The notes beneath the pieces are model-generated. The model worked only from the letters and a program-made list of their open reading frames with translations, made no database searches and had not been told where the DNA came from. A stretch of 64,000 nt of DNA from Vicugna vicugna (Eukaryota), in assembly GCA_013265495.1 (NCBI GenBank), contig MU058065.1:7564302-7628301 (forward strand), read 5' to 3'. Shown here piece by piece: positions 12,613-25,379 of this stretch. The position numbers were made by a program, and so were the translations under genes. Position 1 is the stretch's first letter, and every line of letters begins with the position of its first letter.

Positions 12613-13113
12613 TGTGATTATTGGTCTCGAAAAATGGTCTTAATGATATGAGCCATGCCTCTTGGTATTCATGCCCTTATTAGCGTTTCTTCCCTCTACA
12701 TTGAACTTGGGCTGGCCTAGCACTTGCATTAATCAGTGGAATGCAGCAGAAGTGACTATGCAAGACTTCTGAGTCCATCCATTAGGAAGCCCTGGCAGCT
12801 TCCACTCTCACATTTTGGTGAACCCTGACCCATCATGACAGAAGTCCAGGTACCCATGTGGAGCCATGTGGAGAGGCCAGATGAAGAGGAGAGGACCTAA
12901 GACCACAAGGAGAGGGAGAGAATCCTTAATGTCCCAGTTGAGTCTCCATGTAACTGCAACCTCATGAGAGACTCCAACCAAAATCAATAGTACTGACCAA
13001 CTGAACCCAACTCAAACTGCCAACCCACAAAATCATGAGCTAAATAAATGGCTGTTGTTTTAAGCCACTAAATTTTGGGTTGATTTGTTATGTCCCCAAA
13101 CCTAACTGATACA
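12613..13113 (+). mobile_element. MLT1 (F/G/H-like) solo LTR
   Basis: gggctggcctagcacttgc...gaatgcagcagaagtgac...tgttgttttaagccactaaattttggg...taactgataca terminus. Confidence 0.9.
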
Positions 13114-13769
13114 CCTGCTCAGCTAATTCGATGTGTGTGCTTGTGCACACATTAAAGCACATTTTGAGTTTTTCATTTTACAAGCCAGAGATTCTTTTTC
13201 TTTATTTTTGATTGCAAAATAACACCATTGGCTTTCCCAAGTCCTTTCATCTTCCTGCCAGCATTGTGCTTGATTTAATGTTGTTTATAGACATACGCCT
13301 GCCTTATTTGCTTTTCCTGACCTGGTGATTTCCTCTGTTACCCAAATGTATGGAACACTCTTAGTCATTTGCTGTCATAATTCATCTACATTTAAAAAAT
13401 TTTAAAAAATAAGTATATCTCAACTGCAGCATAAGTCAGTAGTTAAAAACAGATAGTATAAAGAATATGTTTGAAACAAGTGAAAATACACAAGATAATG
13501 GAAAGAGAAGCAGAGAAAACAGAAACCCTCCAAAATTTTGACAAACATAGTGTTGTCATTGAGACTTCTTGTGATGAACTTAACAGCAAAGATGATCACA
13601 ACATTTCCCCAAGGAAAACAGAAATCAATTGGTAATAAGCATAACTCATCAGTCTAAAGAAACACAAACACGCTTGCAACTTGGGTTTTGTTTTTGTGGC
13701 AATTCAAGTGAGCCTGAAGCTTGGTGTTTTTCCTCTAAAATAACTGCATGAAATGATAAGACTTATAGA

Positions 13770-13802
13770 CACACACACACACACACACACACAACACACA
13801 CA
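13770..13802. repeat. (CA)n microsatellite
   Basis: direct read. Confidence 0.95.
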
Positions 13803-13804
13803 GA

Positions 13805-14935
13805 GACATTTCCACAACAGTGTACAAGGTTCCAATTTCTCCATATCCTCTTGAACAATTGTTATCTTTTTTTTTTTTGGTTTGATAATAGCCATCCCAA
13901 GAGATGTGAAATGATAATCTCACTGATTTGCATTTTCCTGATGATTAGTGATATCCAGCACATCTTCATATACCTGTTGGCCATTTGTATATCTTCTTTA
14001 GAGAAATGTCAATTACAGAAGTTCCTCAACATATTAAATGTAGAACTACCGTATGGGATCCTGCAATCCCACTTCTGGTGAATAACCAAAGAATTGAAAT
14101 CAGGATCTTGAAGAGGTATTTGTTCATGTTCACTGAAGCATTATTTATTATAACCATATCCATAAAGATATGGAAACAACCTAAATATCCATCTACAGAT
14201 GAATGCATGAAGAAAATGTGACTTATATACTTACATACATACAGTGGGAAATTATTCTTAAGATTATTCTCAAAATTATACTCTTAACAAAGGAAGTCTG
14301 TATAAGATGACTGATGTTAACTAAACCCATTGTGGTGATCATTTCACAAAACATGCAAATCAAACTATCATGCTGTATACCTTAAACTTGTACAGTGATG
14401 TGTGTATCAATTGTTTTATCGAGAAAAAGAAGGAAATCCTGCCATATACAACAATAAGGATGAACTTGGACGGTATTATGCTGAGTGAATAAAGCCAGTC
14501 CCAGAAGGACAAATACTACATAATCCTGCTTATATGAGATATCAAAAATAGTCAAACTCATAGAAGTAGAGAGAAGAATAGTAGTTACTAGGGTCTGATG
14601 ATGGGGGGTGGGAGAAATGGAGAGCTGTCCAATGGGTATGAAGTTTAAGCAAGATGAGCAAGTTCTAGAGATCAGCGATATAACATAGTGCCTATAGTTA
14701 ACAATGCTGTTTGTATACTGAAAACTTTACTGAGACAGTAGATCTCACGTTAAGTGTTCTCACCACAAAAAGGAGGGAGCAGAGGAAACTTTTGGAGGTG
14801 ATGGATGTGCTCACTATCTTGACTGTGGTGATAGTTGTGCAAGTATTTGCAGTATTTTCAAACTTATCAAACTGTATGCATTAAATACGTGCAGTTTATT
14901 GTGTATCAATTACATTTCAGTAAAGCTATTAAAAA
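13805..14935 (+). mobile_element. L1MA/MB-type LINE-1 3' end with 5' inversion and a nested L1 tail
   Basis: 13805-14014 is antisense ORF2; 14015-14935 is sense ORF2 end plus 3' UTR (agttctagagatc...gtagatctcacgttaagtgttct...aaagctattaaaaa). Confidence 0.9.
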
Positions 14936-15289
14936 TGCCGTTTTGACTTACAGTCTCCAAAGTTCAGGACATCTGAGAAAAAGAGGTGACACAGGGGCAA
15001 AGAGTATTAACAATGACTATTTTCCATGCAGTATTTATTGTTGCTGTGTCCTATGCAGAGCATTTTAGGTATAGCACACTTTTTTTTTTTTAGCACACCT
15101 TTTAAAGCTGATGACAATCCTATAAAATAGGTACTTTTTAAATATTTTACAGGTAAGGACATCACCACTTAAGCAAAAATTTTTATTGCTTGCCTAATTG
15201 TACACTTTTAATGAACTTTTTAAAACAGATTATTTCCAGAATCACCTTGGTTAGGAAAGCTCAGATAGTAAGAAAATGTGATGAAATTC

Positions 15290-15605
15290 TTTTTTTCAAA
15301 TTGAAGTATAATCAGTTACAATGTGTTGTATATTTATACAATGGAATACTACCCAGTCATAAAAAAGAATAAAATAATGCCATTTGCTGCAACATGGATG
15401 AATCTGGAGATCATCATTCTAAGAAAAGTAAGCCAGAAAGAGAAAGAAAAATATCATATGCTATCACTCAAATGTGGAATCTTAAAAAAAAGAAGAAAAG
15501 AAGACACCAATAAACTCATCTACAAAACAGAAACAGAGCACAGACATGGTAAACAAACTTATGGTTACTGGGGGAAAGGGAGTGGGAAGAGATAAATTGG
15601 GAGTT
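15290..15605 (-). mobile_element. young L1 fragment with 5' inversion
   Basis: Poly-T and antisense L1 terminus at 15290-15325, joined to a sense segment encoding [31 protein letters not shown]. Confidence 0.85.
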
Positions 15606-16009
15606 TGAATTTCTATACCTCTGGTATGCCAAAATCTATTTGGGCTGAGGGAGGAAGCATCAAGTTAAAAAAATGTCCTCATCAAATAACAATATTAAAT
15701 ATTCTAAAAAGACATGCCAGATAACCACTTGAAAGAACAAGGTCTTATCCTATAGTTCAAAGAATGTATGGATTTTTGTGATTTTACTATTTCACTGAAT
15801 TTTTTTAGTGTTTGTATATTTATTATGAAGATGTTTGCAAAATGAAAAGAAATCTGTGGGAAAAAGCTGTGGGAATGCTACACTAGTAAGAAAGGGACAG
15901 TGCTCACCTTTTTAAGCATGCTGCCATTTAATTTTCAAAAACATCCGCTAATAGAGGTGCCATGGCATCTACATTTTCTGCAGTCAGGAACGGTGCCAGA
16001 GAGAGTCAA

Positions 16010-16170
16010 ATCCCCTACTTCATTTATTCCTCATGAGCATCCTGCCAGTTGAGTAGTATCACTTTTACATAAATGCATTGGGCTCTGAGAGGTTAAGTGA
16101 CATATTCAAGTTCTTGCAGGTAGAATGAAGTGGAGCTGGCATTATGATTCGTGTTTTCTTTCACTGCATC
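16010..16170 (-). mobile_element. MIR SINE
   Basis: ggctctgagaggttaagtgacatattcaag. Confidence 0.7.
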
Positions 16171-16279
16171 CTTCTACATGGAAACTAATAGGAGGTACTA
16201 GTAGTAGTGACAGGAAAACAAAAATGGGCATTGTATTACTCTCAGGGCTCCAGAACCTGCCAGACTTTTAACCATAGAC

Positions 16280-16440
16280 AGTTGTTGGTATGTAGCTTCT
16301 GAGAACAAGGGCAGAGGCTCACACAGGCTCTAGTTACAGCTCTGCCACCATCTAGTTGGGTAGTTTCAACTCCCTCAACCTTAAATTCATGATGAGTTAA
16401 ACAAGACCTCAAATAAGACAAACTCTTAGAACTTTAAATT
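16280..16440 (+). mobile_element. MIR SINE
   Basis: cagctctgccaccatctagttgggta...ccctcaacctta. Confidence 0.5.
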
Positions 16441-17789
16441 TGAAGGAGTGGGTGTGATGAGACAGGAAATCTTTTCCAAATGGCTTACATCAATTTACAT
16501 CACTATTGGTAAAAGAAAGCAATATGGAAATAAATATTAGACTCATTTACTTAAACTGCATCAAATTCACCTCTGGGAATTCCAGAGTATCTTGCACAAA
16601 GATGTTCATTACAATGTTCATTTTAAGAGAAAAAAGTTGGAGACAAGTTGTTGTCATTACTTCATAAATTAAAGCATCACCTGACGAAGGCTCAATTACC
16701 AGCACAGCTACACTCTGCTAATAGGATATCATGGACGGTTGGTATACTTTAACCATTTACCTTTGTTCCTCAGTGGTATAAGTGGGTGAATTCTCACAGC
16801 ATCAACCATGTCCTCAGTACTTTGTAAGCCCCTGGAAAGGACATTAAAAAAGATAAGGAAACTAGAGGTGCCACCTCAGAAGTGGGGCTGCATTTCCCTC
16901 TTTCTCTTTTACTCTCTACTTTGTCTCTCCCTCCATGGGGACATGGGACAGGTAGCGCTACCTCCATCAGAATAGACTGATTTATAGAGCTAGAGATTCT
17001 GTGCCCTCAAAGCTTGACACAGAAACCCATTATACTCTCCTGCTGACCACACACACACACCTGGTAGAAGTAGGAGGGAGGAAGAACCCGAGTGGTAGGG
17101 GTTCTATGAGATCACAGGTCAAAGCATTTCTGAATAAAGTGGAGAGGTGATGTTATCTGATCCTGCTTCCAGAGGTGGAGCTTTGGTTTCACGTTGTTCT
17201 ATCTCCTTTGCCTTTAATTTTTTTTTTCTTAATTGACTGGGCACCTAAGATTCTGCATTTGTGTTTAATTACTTAACCCTTCCAACTCTCCTTAGAGGCT
17301 GAATACAGCCACTAACCCTGACATAGTAGAAGCAAAATATGTTACAAGGAAATAGGGGAAAAACCAGCTCTGAGAGCAAGTTTAGGAGAGGCAGATGAGA
17401 AACAGACACATGCACACAGCTACGTACATTCCTGGGTATACAACGCACATACATGCACCGTCTGTCAACGGGCAGCCCAAATTATTGTGGGAGTGTTTAT
17501 TCCCGCTGCCATGGTTCTCCTCCTGCCTTCATAGCCCACCTCTCCATTTCACTGACCTTCTCACAGGAGGGACTGTAGGAACTCTTGATGAGTAGAAATA
17601 ATTCTAGAGATAATGAACTTCCTGGGACTATTCACTGGAGTACAGGTCTCCTTTCCACTAGTCTTTTCTTATGAGATAATTTATTCTGGGTACTTTAGTA
17701 AATAAAACTTCCCTGGTGAAGCAGCCAGTAAGCTTAGATTACTCCAGACAGAAGAACAGGAAGCTAGATAACATAGCATATCTTGGACA

Positions 17790-17927
17790 GTTACCCTGTA
17801 CTGGTTGTTTTATATGTCATATCTCCTTTAATCACAATAATCTTAAGAAGTAGATGCTATCACCCTTATTTTATGAATAAAGCAGGGCTCAGAGTTTTAC
17901 ACACAGCAGAATAGATTCAAATCAAGG
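17790..17927 (-). mobile_element. MIR SINE
   Basis: atctcctttaatcacaataatctta...gggctcagag. Confidence 0.6.
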
Positions 17928-18549
17928 ACCTTTATGATAAATCCATAGGCTATCTCCTTTGTGTAGACATTGCTTCAGGAGCAGATCCAAATACGGCAGC
18001 TTCTGATTCCACAGTATGTTCAGACTAGTATTTGGGGACCACACCTGACAAGAACCTTTAGAAAACTCTTTCTTGTTTTCTTGAGAAGATGATAGCCATG
18101 AAAACTGTATATCGATCTCTCCTTGACTCATTTTGTGCTTCGCACGACTTTTTGAGGAATATAACACTTTTCCATACATGTAGGAAACAGAGATGGACCA
18201 ACAATGGAGCACCCAACTTGGAAATTTGTTCTTGCTGTTGTTGGCCAAGTGTATGACCGCCTTGTATCATCTGATAAAGAATCTGTGGCTGGGATACAGG
18301 TCTCTAATACTAATGCTGAGCTTTGTCCCATTGTCTCATATTTCACTTTACAGTGATGAATAATGATGGTGGCAGCTAAGAAAAGAATGGAGACAATCAA
18401 AAAATGTTACCATTGATGGAAAAGTGGTAAGGAAATAGTTCTTTACCCATTGAATTTATGAGCAGTGAGTCAAAAGTCTGGATGGGGAGAAAAAAAAAAA
18501 CAACAACAAATGCATTGAAAGGTAATTATCAGAAGAAAGAAGGATGAAG

Positions 18550-18740
18550 AGAACTGTGACCCTTGAGAAGAGAATTAAGAGTGAAAAGACCTGGATACAA
18601 ATCCTAGATGCTACAACACAGCTGAGTGGTCTTGCACAAGTCAATTCCCTCTCTGGGCCCCTATTTTCACAAGAACAATGAGATGGGCAGGGGTTTGATG
18701 ATCTCTAAGATCCTCTCCTGCTCTAAAATTCTGTGTTCTG
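18550..18740 (+). mobile_element. MIR (MIRc/MIR3-like) SINE
   Basis: gacctggatacaaatcctag...cttgcacaagtcaattccctctctgggcc...atgatctctaagatcctctcctgctctaaaattctgtgttct. Confidence 0.75.
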
Positions 18741-20114
18741 TAGCTGTGCAGCAAGAGGTGAACACTGGCCTCTTTCCCCAGAAGAGCCTTGGGATATTTT
18801 GATCATTAAAGGGATTAGCTGTCCATTTGCAGGGATGTCTCTCCAATGAGAGACATAGAATAGCCCAACACAGTTTTAGTTTTGATTCACTTTATAAAGT
18901 ACATATCCAATTCCCTGGCAAGTTAAGCCAAGCACATCTTCTCATGTGTTTTAGGAATCAAGGCATTCGGCTGATACAGAGAGCAAATGCCTCTTATTAA
19001 TGTGTGACAAATCCATATGGAGGGAAAACACTGTTTCTTTTCTCCCATATGGCACAGCTGAGTAAGGCTGGCCTTTCTGGCCCTGAAATGGTTCCATGGA
19101 CAGGTGGGTGGTTTATTCCACAGGCTGGTAACAATCTAGTGTGTGGAGAAGGGGAGGGATGAGAATTTCTCCATTATAGCCCAGGGCTGTCAGCAAGGTC
19201 TGTGACATGTGCCTTTGGCTCCTTTGTCAGGATGTAGGGTAGGTGAACTACTGTGAGGAAGAAGCGAAGGAAATCTCAAACTAATTTGAGTTCAGGACAT
19301 GAGCTTTCCTCAACCTCAAGTTCTTTGGAGTTTTGGCCCAGCAAAGGTGGATTAACTTTTTATCCTGGAAAACCTTCAAACCCTTTCCACAGTCCCAATG
19401 TAGTGAGTGTGATGAGGTCTTTGGGGAAGAGAGGGAACAAAGTGGATGGCAACTGTCTAACCTACCTTCAGACTACAGGGCCAAAGGATTAAGACTCAGT
19501 GGCTTCTACTTTTAACATGATGTTAGCCCTTGCAAAAGCAACAACAAAAATCCAACTCAATCAGTACCTCTAGAATAATTCTACCTCTTTAAAAGGGTAA
19601 GGAATTATGCTGGAAAGAAACATGAGTCATGTCCTCTGCCCTCCAGTTAAGCCAATATGAACTAGAGAGGGATGGTGACTTTCATTGTCCCTGCAATTTG
19701 AGATAACAAAATCAAAACCTTATCTTTCATGAATAATCTTCTCAAGTTAAATTTTTTACTATTATCTTTTGATTGTGTTAAGGATAAGCAACCACTACAA
19801 TAAGTATGTATTAATATACTCATTATAAGCCATATACCTAGAGTCAAACAAGTGTAAATATTTTTCTCTAATATCTAAATTACCATCATACACAATTAGG
19901 CACAAATGTGAAAGTTTTACTAAAAACAAAAAGCATTTAAGTGACAGCATGTCAGATTTGGAAGAAAACACCAAAGGTTTTACTACAATCCAGAAAACCA
20001 GAAGCAGGTAAGTTATGAGAATGGGTTTTGATAAACACACACATGCACACACATTTTGGTTTCCTAGAAATGGTGATGTTAATAGGTATGAAATCTATAT
20101 GTATTGAGAAGGTT

Positions 20115-20540
20115 CCATATTGAACACTGAAGAACTTCCTAACTATGAGAATGATTTGAGTAGTAAAAGGAAGCTATATTCTTTCTTGGATATATTTGTG
20201 GACTCTTCAAATTCTAAAAATCTAAAATTTTTATCAAAGATCATCTAGTCCAATGGAGAAAACCGCCTGTAAAGTTTTTATGTCAAATTAATCCACCTTT
20301 GCTAAACTATCTCAAGGGATGGAAACTTATCCCCAGATATGATCCAGTACCATATAACTGCAACCATTAAAAAATTCTTCCTTATAGTGAATCAATATCT
20401 GTAATTTTCACTGGTGTCCATCTGGAGCCATGAAGCATATCTGATCTGTTCACATGATGAATCTTCATATCTCCCAGATTACTTGTTACATCTCTTATAC
20501 TTCTTCTCATAATTTCTTTCAGATTAAGCATACCAAATTA
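20115..20540. mobile_element. two L3/CR1 3'-end fragments, tail to tail
   Basis: Sense gaagaacttcctaactatgaga...ctcttcaaattcta, then antisense aagatcatctagtccaa...aaaaaattcttccttatagtgaa. Confidence 0.5.
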
Positions 20541-21797
20541 TTTGAAATGAATGAGTAAGTGTGAGAGTAAATGGGAAAATTGGCAAGTATCACCAGGTAG
20601 GTAAAGGGATTTCAACCAACATTACTGGTCACGCACTGTTTCCACAGTGTACCAAGTTCTGAAGATCCTTTTTAAAGTCTGACACACTCCTAAGGGTTCT
20701 TCTTAGCTCAGAGTAGAATGGGTCTACTAACATTTACTGTGCTTTGCAGGAGGAGGGCAGTATTACTGAAGGACAGAAGGCAGAAAGTATGAGTTGACTT
20801 CACAGTGGCCTTCTCAAACCTGTGATTCCGCAAATAGCTCTATTTCTACAAAGGAGCTTAAGACTCTTAGTCTGAAAACCACAAGAGGGCACTGGACTAC
20901 TACATGGACCCAGCTCTACTTCTCAACCAAAGTATAAAGCAAGGGTTGATATTGACATCACACTGACTCCGACAGTTGCAGATGGCAGCATCAGTTGTAT
21001 GTCCTAAGCCTGTGTCTGAGACACAGTATGTAATCATGGATGATCTACAGAGATATTGGCTAGGAAATATGTATTCAGATGCTAAGCTTGGATTGTGCAA
21101 ACTGCAGTAGAATTCACATACCACTTGAAAAAATAAAAAGGAGTGAAGTCTATTCCCAAAGTTCTAAGAAAAAATAAGGTGGTCATTAGGTCATTTAGGA
21201 GTTTTGAAAACAAGAGGGGCAATGTGGTGGTTGTCAGGAGCAAACAGCAGGAGTTAGATAAATGGAAGACTTCTGCATCTACTTTCAGAAACCCTGACAC
21301 CTGACAAGGTTTGTGTTTGGCCCATGGTTTTCTCCAGACTGACATTTACACTGGACATCACCCAGGTTGTTTCTCTGCTCCTAAAGTGTTCTGTATTTCA
21401 CGAGATTTTAGGAAAATCAGTCTCAGGCTAAAGGTACACTGAAAAACTCCCACAAATACAGCATGAGTCTACACAATGCCATCATACCATTTGAAAAAGG
21501 CAAAAATCCAGCAAAATAAGTTGTAGGTTAGTCTAAGTAACATCAACCAACAGATTGTTCGGGTCTGTGAAGAAGTGTCTGCCAATGCCAAAACAGTCAA
21601 TCAAGTTAACTCAGTCAAATGTGAATCAACACAAGGAAAATAATCAGTCAAGTCAGTTGCTCAGAATCATGGAAATCAAACCCTAGACTGAAGACTAGTG
21701 TTTCTCACTTTTCAACAATTATGCTGAATATTGTGCATAAAATGACTCCTTTGGTATCATAATTATGTATGAGATACACTTATCCATAAAAATAACT

Positions 21798-21826
21798 AGG
21801 TAGATAGATAGATAGATAGACAGATA
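21798..21826. repeat. (TAGA)n microsatellite
   Basis: direct read. Confidence 0.9.
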
Positions 21827-23882
21827 AAATAACTCAGATTGTTTCACAGAAATGAATTACTTGATCAGTTAAACCCAAGCTTCTTGCTATAGCAGGAAAG
21901 ATAGGAGAGGGTCATTTTTTGAGGCAAGGTTTAACTCTTTGGAAGCAATGAGCACCTACAACAGTATTAATCCTCCTGAAAGAGATTTCTGGCCATAGAA
22001 TTGGTTTTTGGCAGAGCCAGTTGAAATCACTGAGGAGGAGTCTCCCCTCCTTCTCGTCTCTTGTTAATTTACCTGCATTCATAGTTATGGGTACGTGACT
22101 TCCATTTTTCAGTATGGCATAACCTTCATGATTTTGAACCTCTTACTTCTGTTATCCTTCTAACATTTGGCCCAGGCTCTGTGACTCCTTTATGCCATCA
22201 TGGACGAATGTGAGCTCTCACTTTTTGCCTTCTAGTTTCATCCCAACTTTTCTCCCTAGGAATCTTGCTTTTCTTGGAATTGCTCTATCTATGTCATTGC
22301 CTTGGTTTTTAGGCTCCTTTTAGTGTTGGGTATATTGAGTCTGTTAAAGATATCTCAGTCACTTGACTTGGCTTTGATCAACTTGCCTGCTTGGCGTCTA
22401 TCTTTTAAGCCAAATTTTTCCTCATGATTTTATAGTTTTCTAAGTTCTGGCCACTAATTTCTGCACATTCTTTGTTTCTTGACTCTTCTTAGCTTAAAAC
22501 ACTGTACTTGAACTTTTATCTTGACCTCCTCAGTTCTGTTTTCAGAGCTCTACCTTTAACATGGCCAAACTGATGGTGGCCATCCTCTTTGCAAGGCTCT
22601 AATCCCAGCACAGACCTCATCTTTTGGCATACTCCCCAGCACTACAGGGGAGGTGAGTTCAGAAGAAATTGTCCCAGCACCTTCTCTTTGCATTTTTTCC
22701 CCTAATGGTGGGACTTTGAAGCTGCCTTTCTGGCCTATCTTCCCTGTTACCAAACACACACTTTTTAAAATTAGGAAATGAAAATGATAGTTCTACTCCA
22801 AGCCAGGAGTTTGTCTAGTGTGCTCCAGGAAAAGAATGATTAATGGAGCTAAAGCTTTATGCCTGAGCCAGGGGGTGGCAGCTAGTGGGGAATAACTAAG
22901 ACATACCAACCCAGCCATAGCCTCGGATCAGGTGAACTGCCTGGCCTTGGGCCTGCTGGAGGCCCTTAAAGTTAGCTGGTGGCCCTGGCAGAACGTGTGC
23001 CCCAGTATGGCCCGGGTGGCACACATGGCCCAAAGGAACATGGCAATTTTCCGATTTTTTGGTTTATACAGAGAACCTACAGGAACTTGTCAGCAGCTGG
23101 AATATCCAGACTGGTTGTGCAGACCACCTAAAGTATATGGATGATGACAAAAGTTTCCTTTTGCTGAATGTCATGTGGACTCATTCCAAAGTCCTCTTTG
23201 GGTTTGAGGTCCTGTCTATAACAGTCCTTCACCAGAAAGGCGGGGGGAATAAAAGAAAGAAAAAATGTAGGGAATTTGAGTCCTTCTTTGTCAAAAGCTC
23301 AGAACTGAGAGTAGGAAAATTCTGTATGGTCTTGGCTGAGCAGTGGTTTTCCACCTCTCTCAACATCAAAATTAACCAGATTGCATGAAATACTCAAAGA
23401 TGCATTCGCACAGCCTCACTTCACTTGAGCTTTGTGTTGCCAAGGAGTATGGCTTAAGCCCTCAGATCACTTGGGTTTAATGTCAGGTGATACCTAGGAG
23501 TTCATGGGCATGGTCTGTGATGATTATCACCCTTTCTCCATCTCTGCCTGCCACACTCTCATGCACTATTACTAACCCAAATGCCATTTCTTCCATGAGA
23601 TCTCACCTGGATCCTCTCTCAACTCTCTGTCCCCCTCGTGCTTGAGGCTTCCTTTGCTTAACTTAGTTAAGTCTTCTTTTTACCGTGTAAGTTCATTTAT
23701 TTTCCTTCATTCAAAAAAATTGTCTTCACTATGACCTCTGCAAAAACAAATAGAATAAAAAGAAGTTTGCAAAAATAAAACCTACCCTTTACTCTCTCCT
23801 CTCAGAAGAGAGAACTGCAATCCCCAGTTATCACAAGGAAAGTAAGCATGAGCATCAAACAAATGACGTTAAGATTTGATGA

Positions 23883-24284
23883 TCTCCATTCTAAGTGAAG
23901 CAGGCCAGAAGGAGAAAGAGAAATACCTTATGATATCACTCATACGTGGAATTAAAAAAAAAAGATGCAAATGAACTTATTCACAAAACAGAAACAGACT
24001 GACAGACATAGGAAACAAACTTATGGTTATCAGGGAGGGAGAGGGTGGGAAGGGACACGTTGGGAGTTCGAGATTTGCAGATGCTATTATATATAAAATA
24101 GATAAACAATCAGTTTCTTCCATACAGCACAGGGAGTTATATTCAATGCCTTGTAGTAACCTACAATGAAGAAGAATATGAAAATGAATATATGTGTGTA
24201 TATGTATGACTGAAACCTTATGCTGTACACCAGAAACTAACACAACATTGTAGACTGACTATACTACAATTTAAAAAAAAAGAA
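23883..24284 (+). mobile_element. 5'-truncated young L1 with perfect 12-bp TSD
   Basis: cattctaagtgaag...3' UTR...A-tail; TSD aagatttgatga at 23871-23882 and 24285-24296. Confidence 0.95.
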
Positions 24285-24729
24285 AAGATTTGATGACACC
24301 CTAAAAATAAAGCCAATTGTGATTGCTTTAAAATGCATGATCTCATATGATTTCTACATGGGGCTCTTTCTTCTTTGATAAAATGGAGTTTGTAATGATT
24401 AGACCTAGAGAGGTAAAGTCACTCAGCATATAAATGAGGAGATTGGAATCAGACCTGGATTTCGTCTGTTCCTTTCTCTCCACCATTTTGCATCCCAGTA
24501 TACCCCAGCATCCTTAGAGACAAAGGTCTGGAGGAAGCACAAAGGGACTTCTATTTTCATCTTTCAGTTCTGACAAGATGAGGATCAGCAGGCAGACAGA
24601 GACACTTGGGAATAATGGCTCTGCTCTCTCAACCGGCCCCCTCCCCTGCCTTTATCCCCACTCGGGTGACCTCAGCAGAACAAGCTTGCTCTGTAATGAC
24701 CACTTCGTCAGCAGAAGCTGTGTATTTAG

Positions 24730-24810
24730 TAGCAGGAAATATAAGCTTTTGTGGTTAGTGTGACGTCACCCCACCCACTGAACAGGCCTTTATAATTTGA
24801 CCACAAAAAG
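24730..24810. promoter_or_regulatory. candidate enhancer motif cluster (ETS, RUNX, full CRE, KLF)
   Basis: caggaaat, tgtggtt 24750-24756, GTGACGTCAC 24760-24769, ccccaccc 24769-24776, gaccaca ~24800. Confidence 0.4.
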
Positions 24811-25379
24811 ACTTGAAAGGGATAGACGCATACACACAGAGAAAGAGGCGATAGGACTGTCAACAGTTGTCCGTGCAGTGAAAGGAGCATTGTATCTTCC
24901 AAATGTTTCCCAAAAGCCTGATGTTTGGTCTGCTGCAGACAAAACATCTGGATGATATATGGCATTTTCGCTTTGAGGTTGAGTGTCCCAACTCATCCAT
25001 CTGTCTCTTCCTCTCTCCTTTCCTTCTCTCCTTCTTTCATCTCTCTTCTTTACTCCCTTCATACTTCTGTTTCCCTCTCCTGTTTCCCTATTTCACTCTC
25101 CCTTAATCTAAAATATACAAAAATGTATTTTAGTAGCTTTCCAACATTTGGATGCCTAGTGCGTGCATGCACACACACACAAACACACACACACAATTGC
25201 GTCGCTTTTCTGGATACTTCACTATTAGAGAGAAAGGAAAATGAGAGAGCCACAGAGACAGAGAGAAAGATAAGGGGTGGAGGGGAGAGAGAAGAGACAA
25301 GACATTTTGAAAGATGTGGCTGATATAAACATAAAAAAATTACTTCCCATGAATGTCTTGGTTTTCAAACTAATTTTTT

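Noticed and set aside
19949..20013. ATG-initiated frame MSDLEENTKGFTTIQKTRS ending at a perfect CAG|gtaagt donor
   Set aside because: No acceptor or promoter upstream, peptide not recognised, and isolated consensus donors are expected by chance in 64 kb.
21580..21670. Recurrent cagtcaa motif resembling a repeat array
   Set aside because: Only three irregularly spaced 7-mers; not an array and not CRISPR-like.
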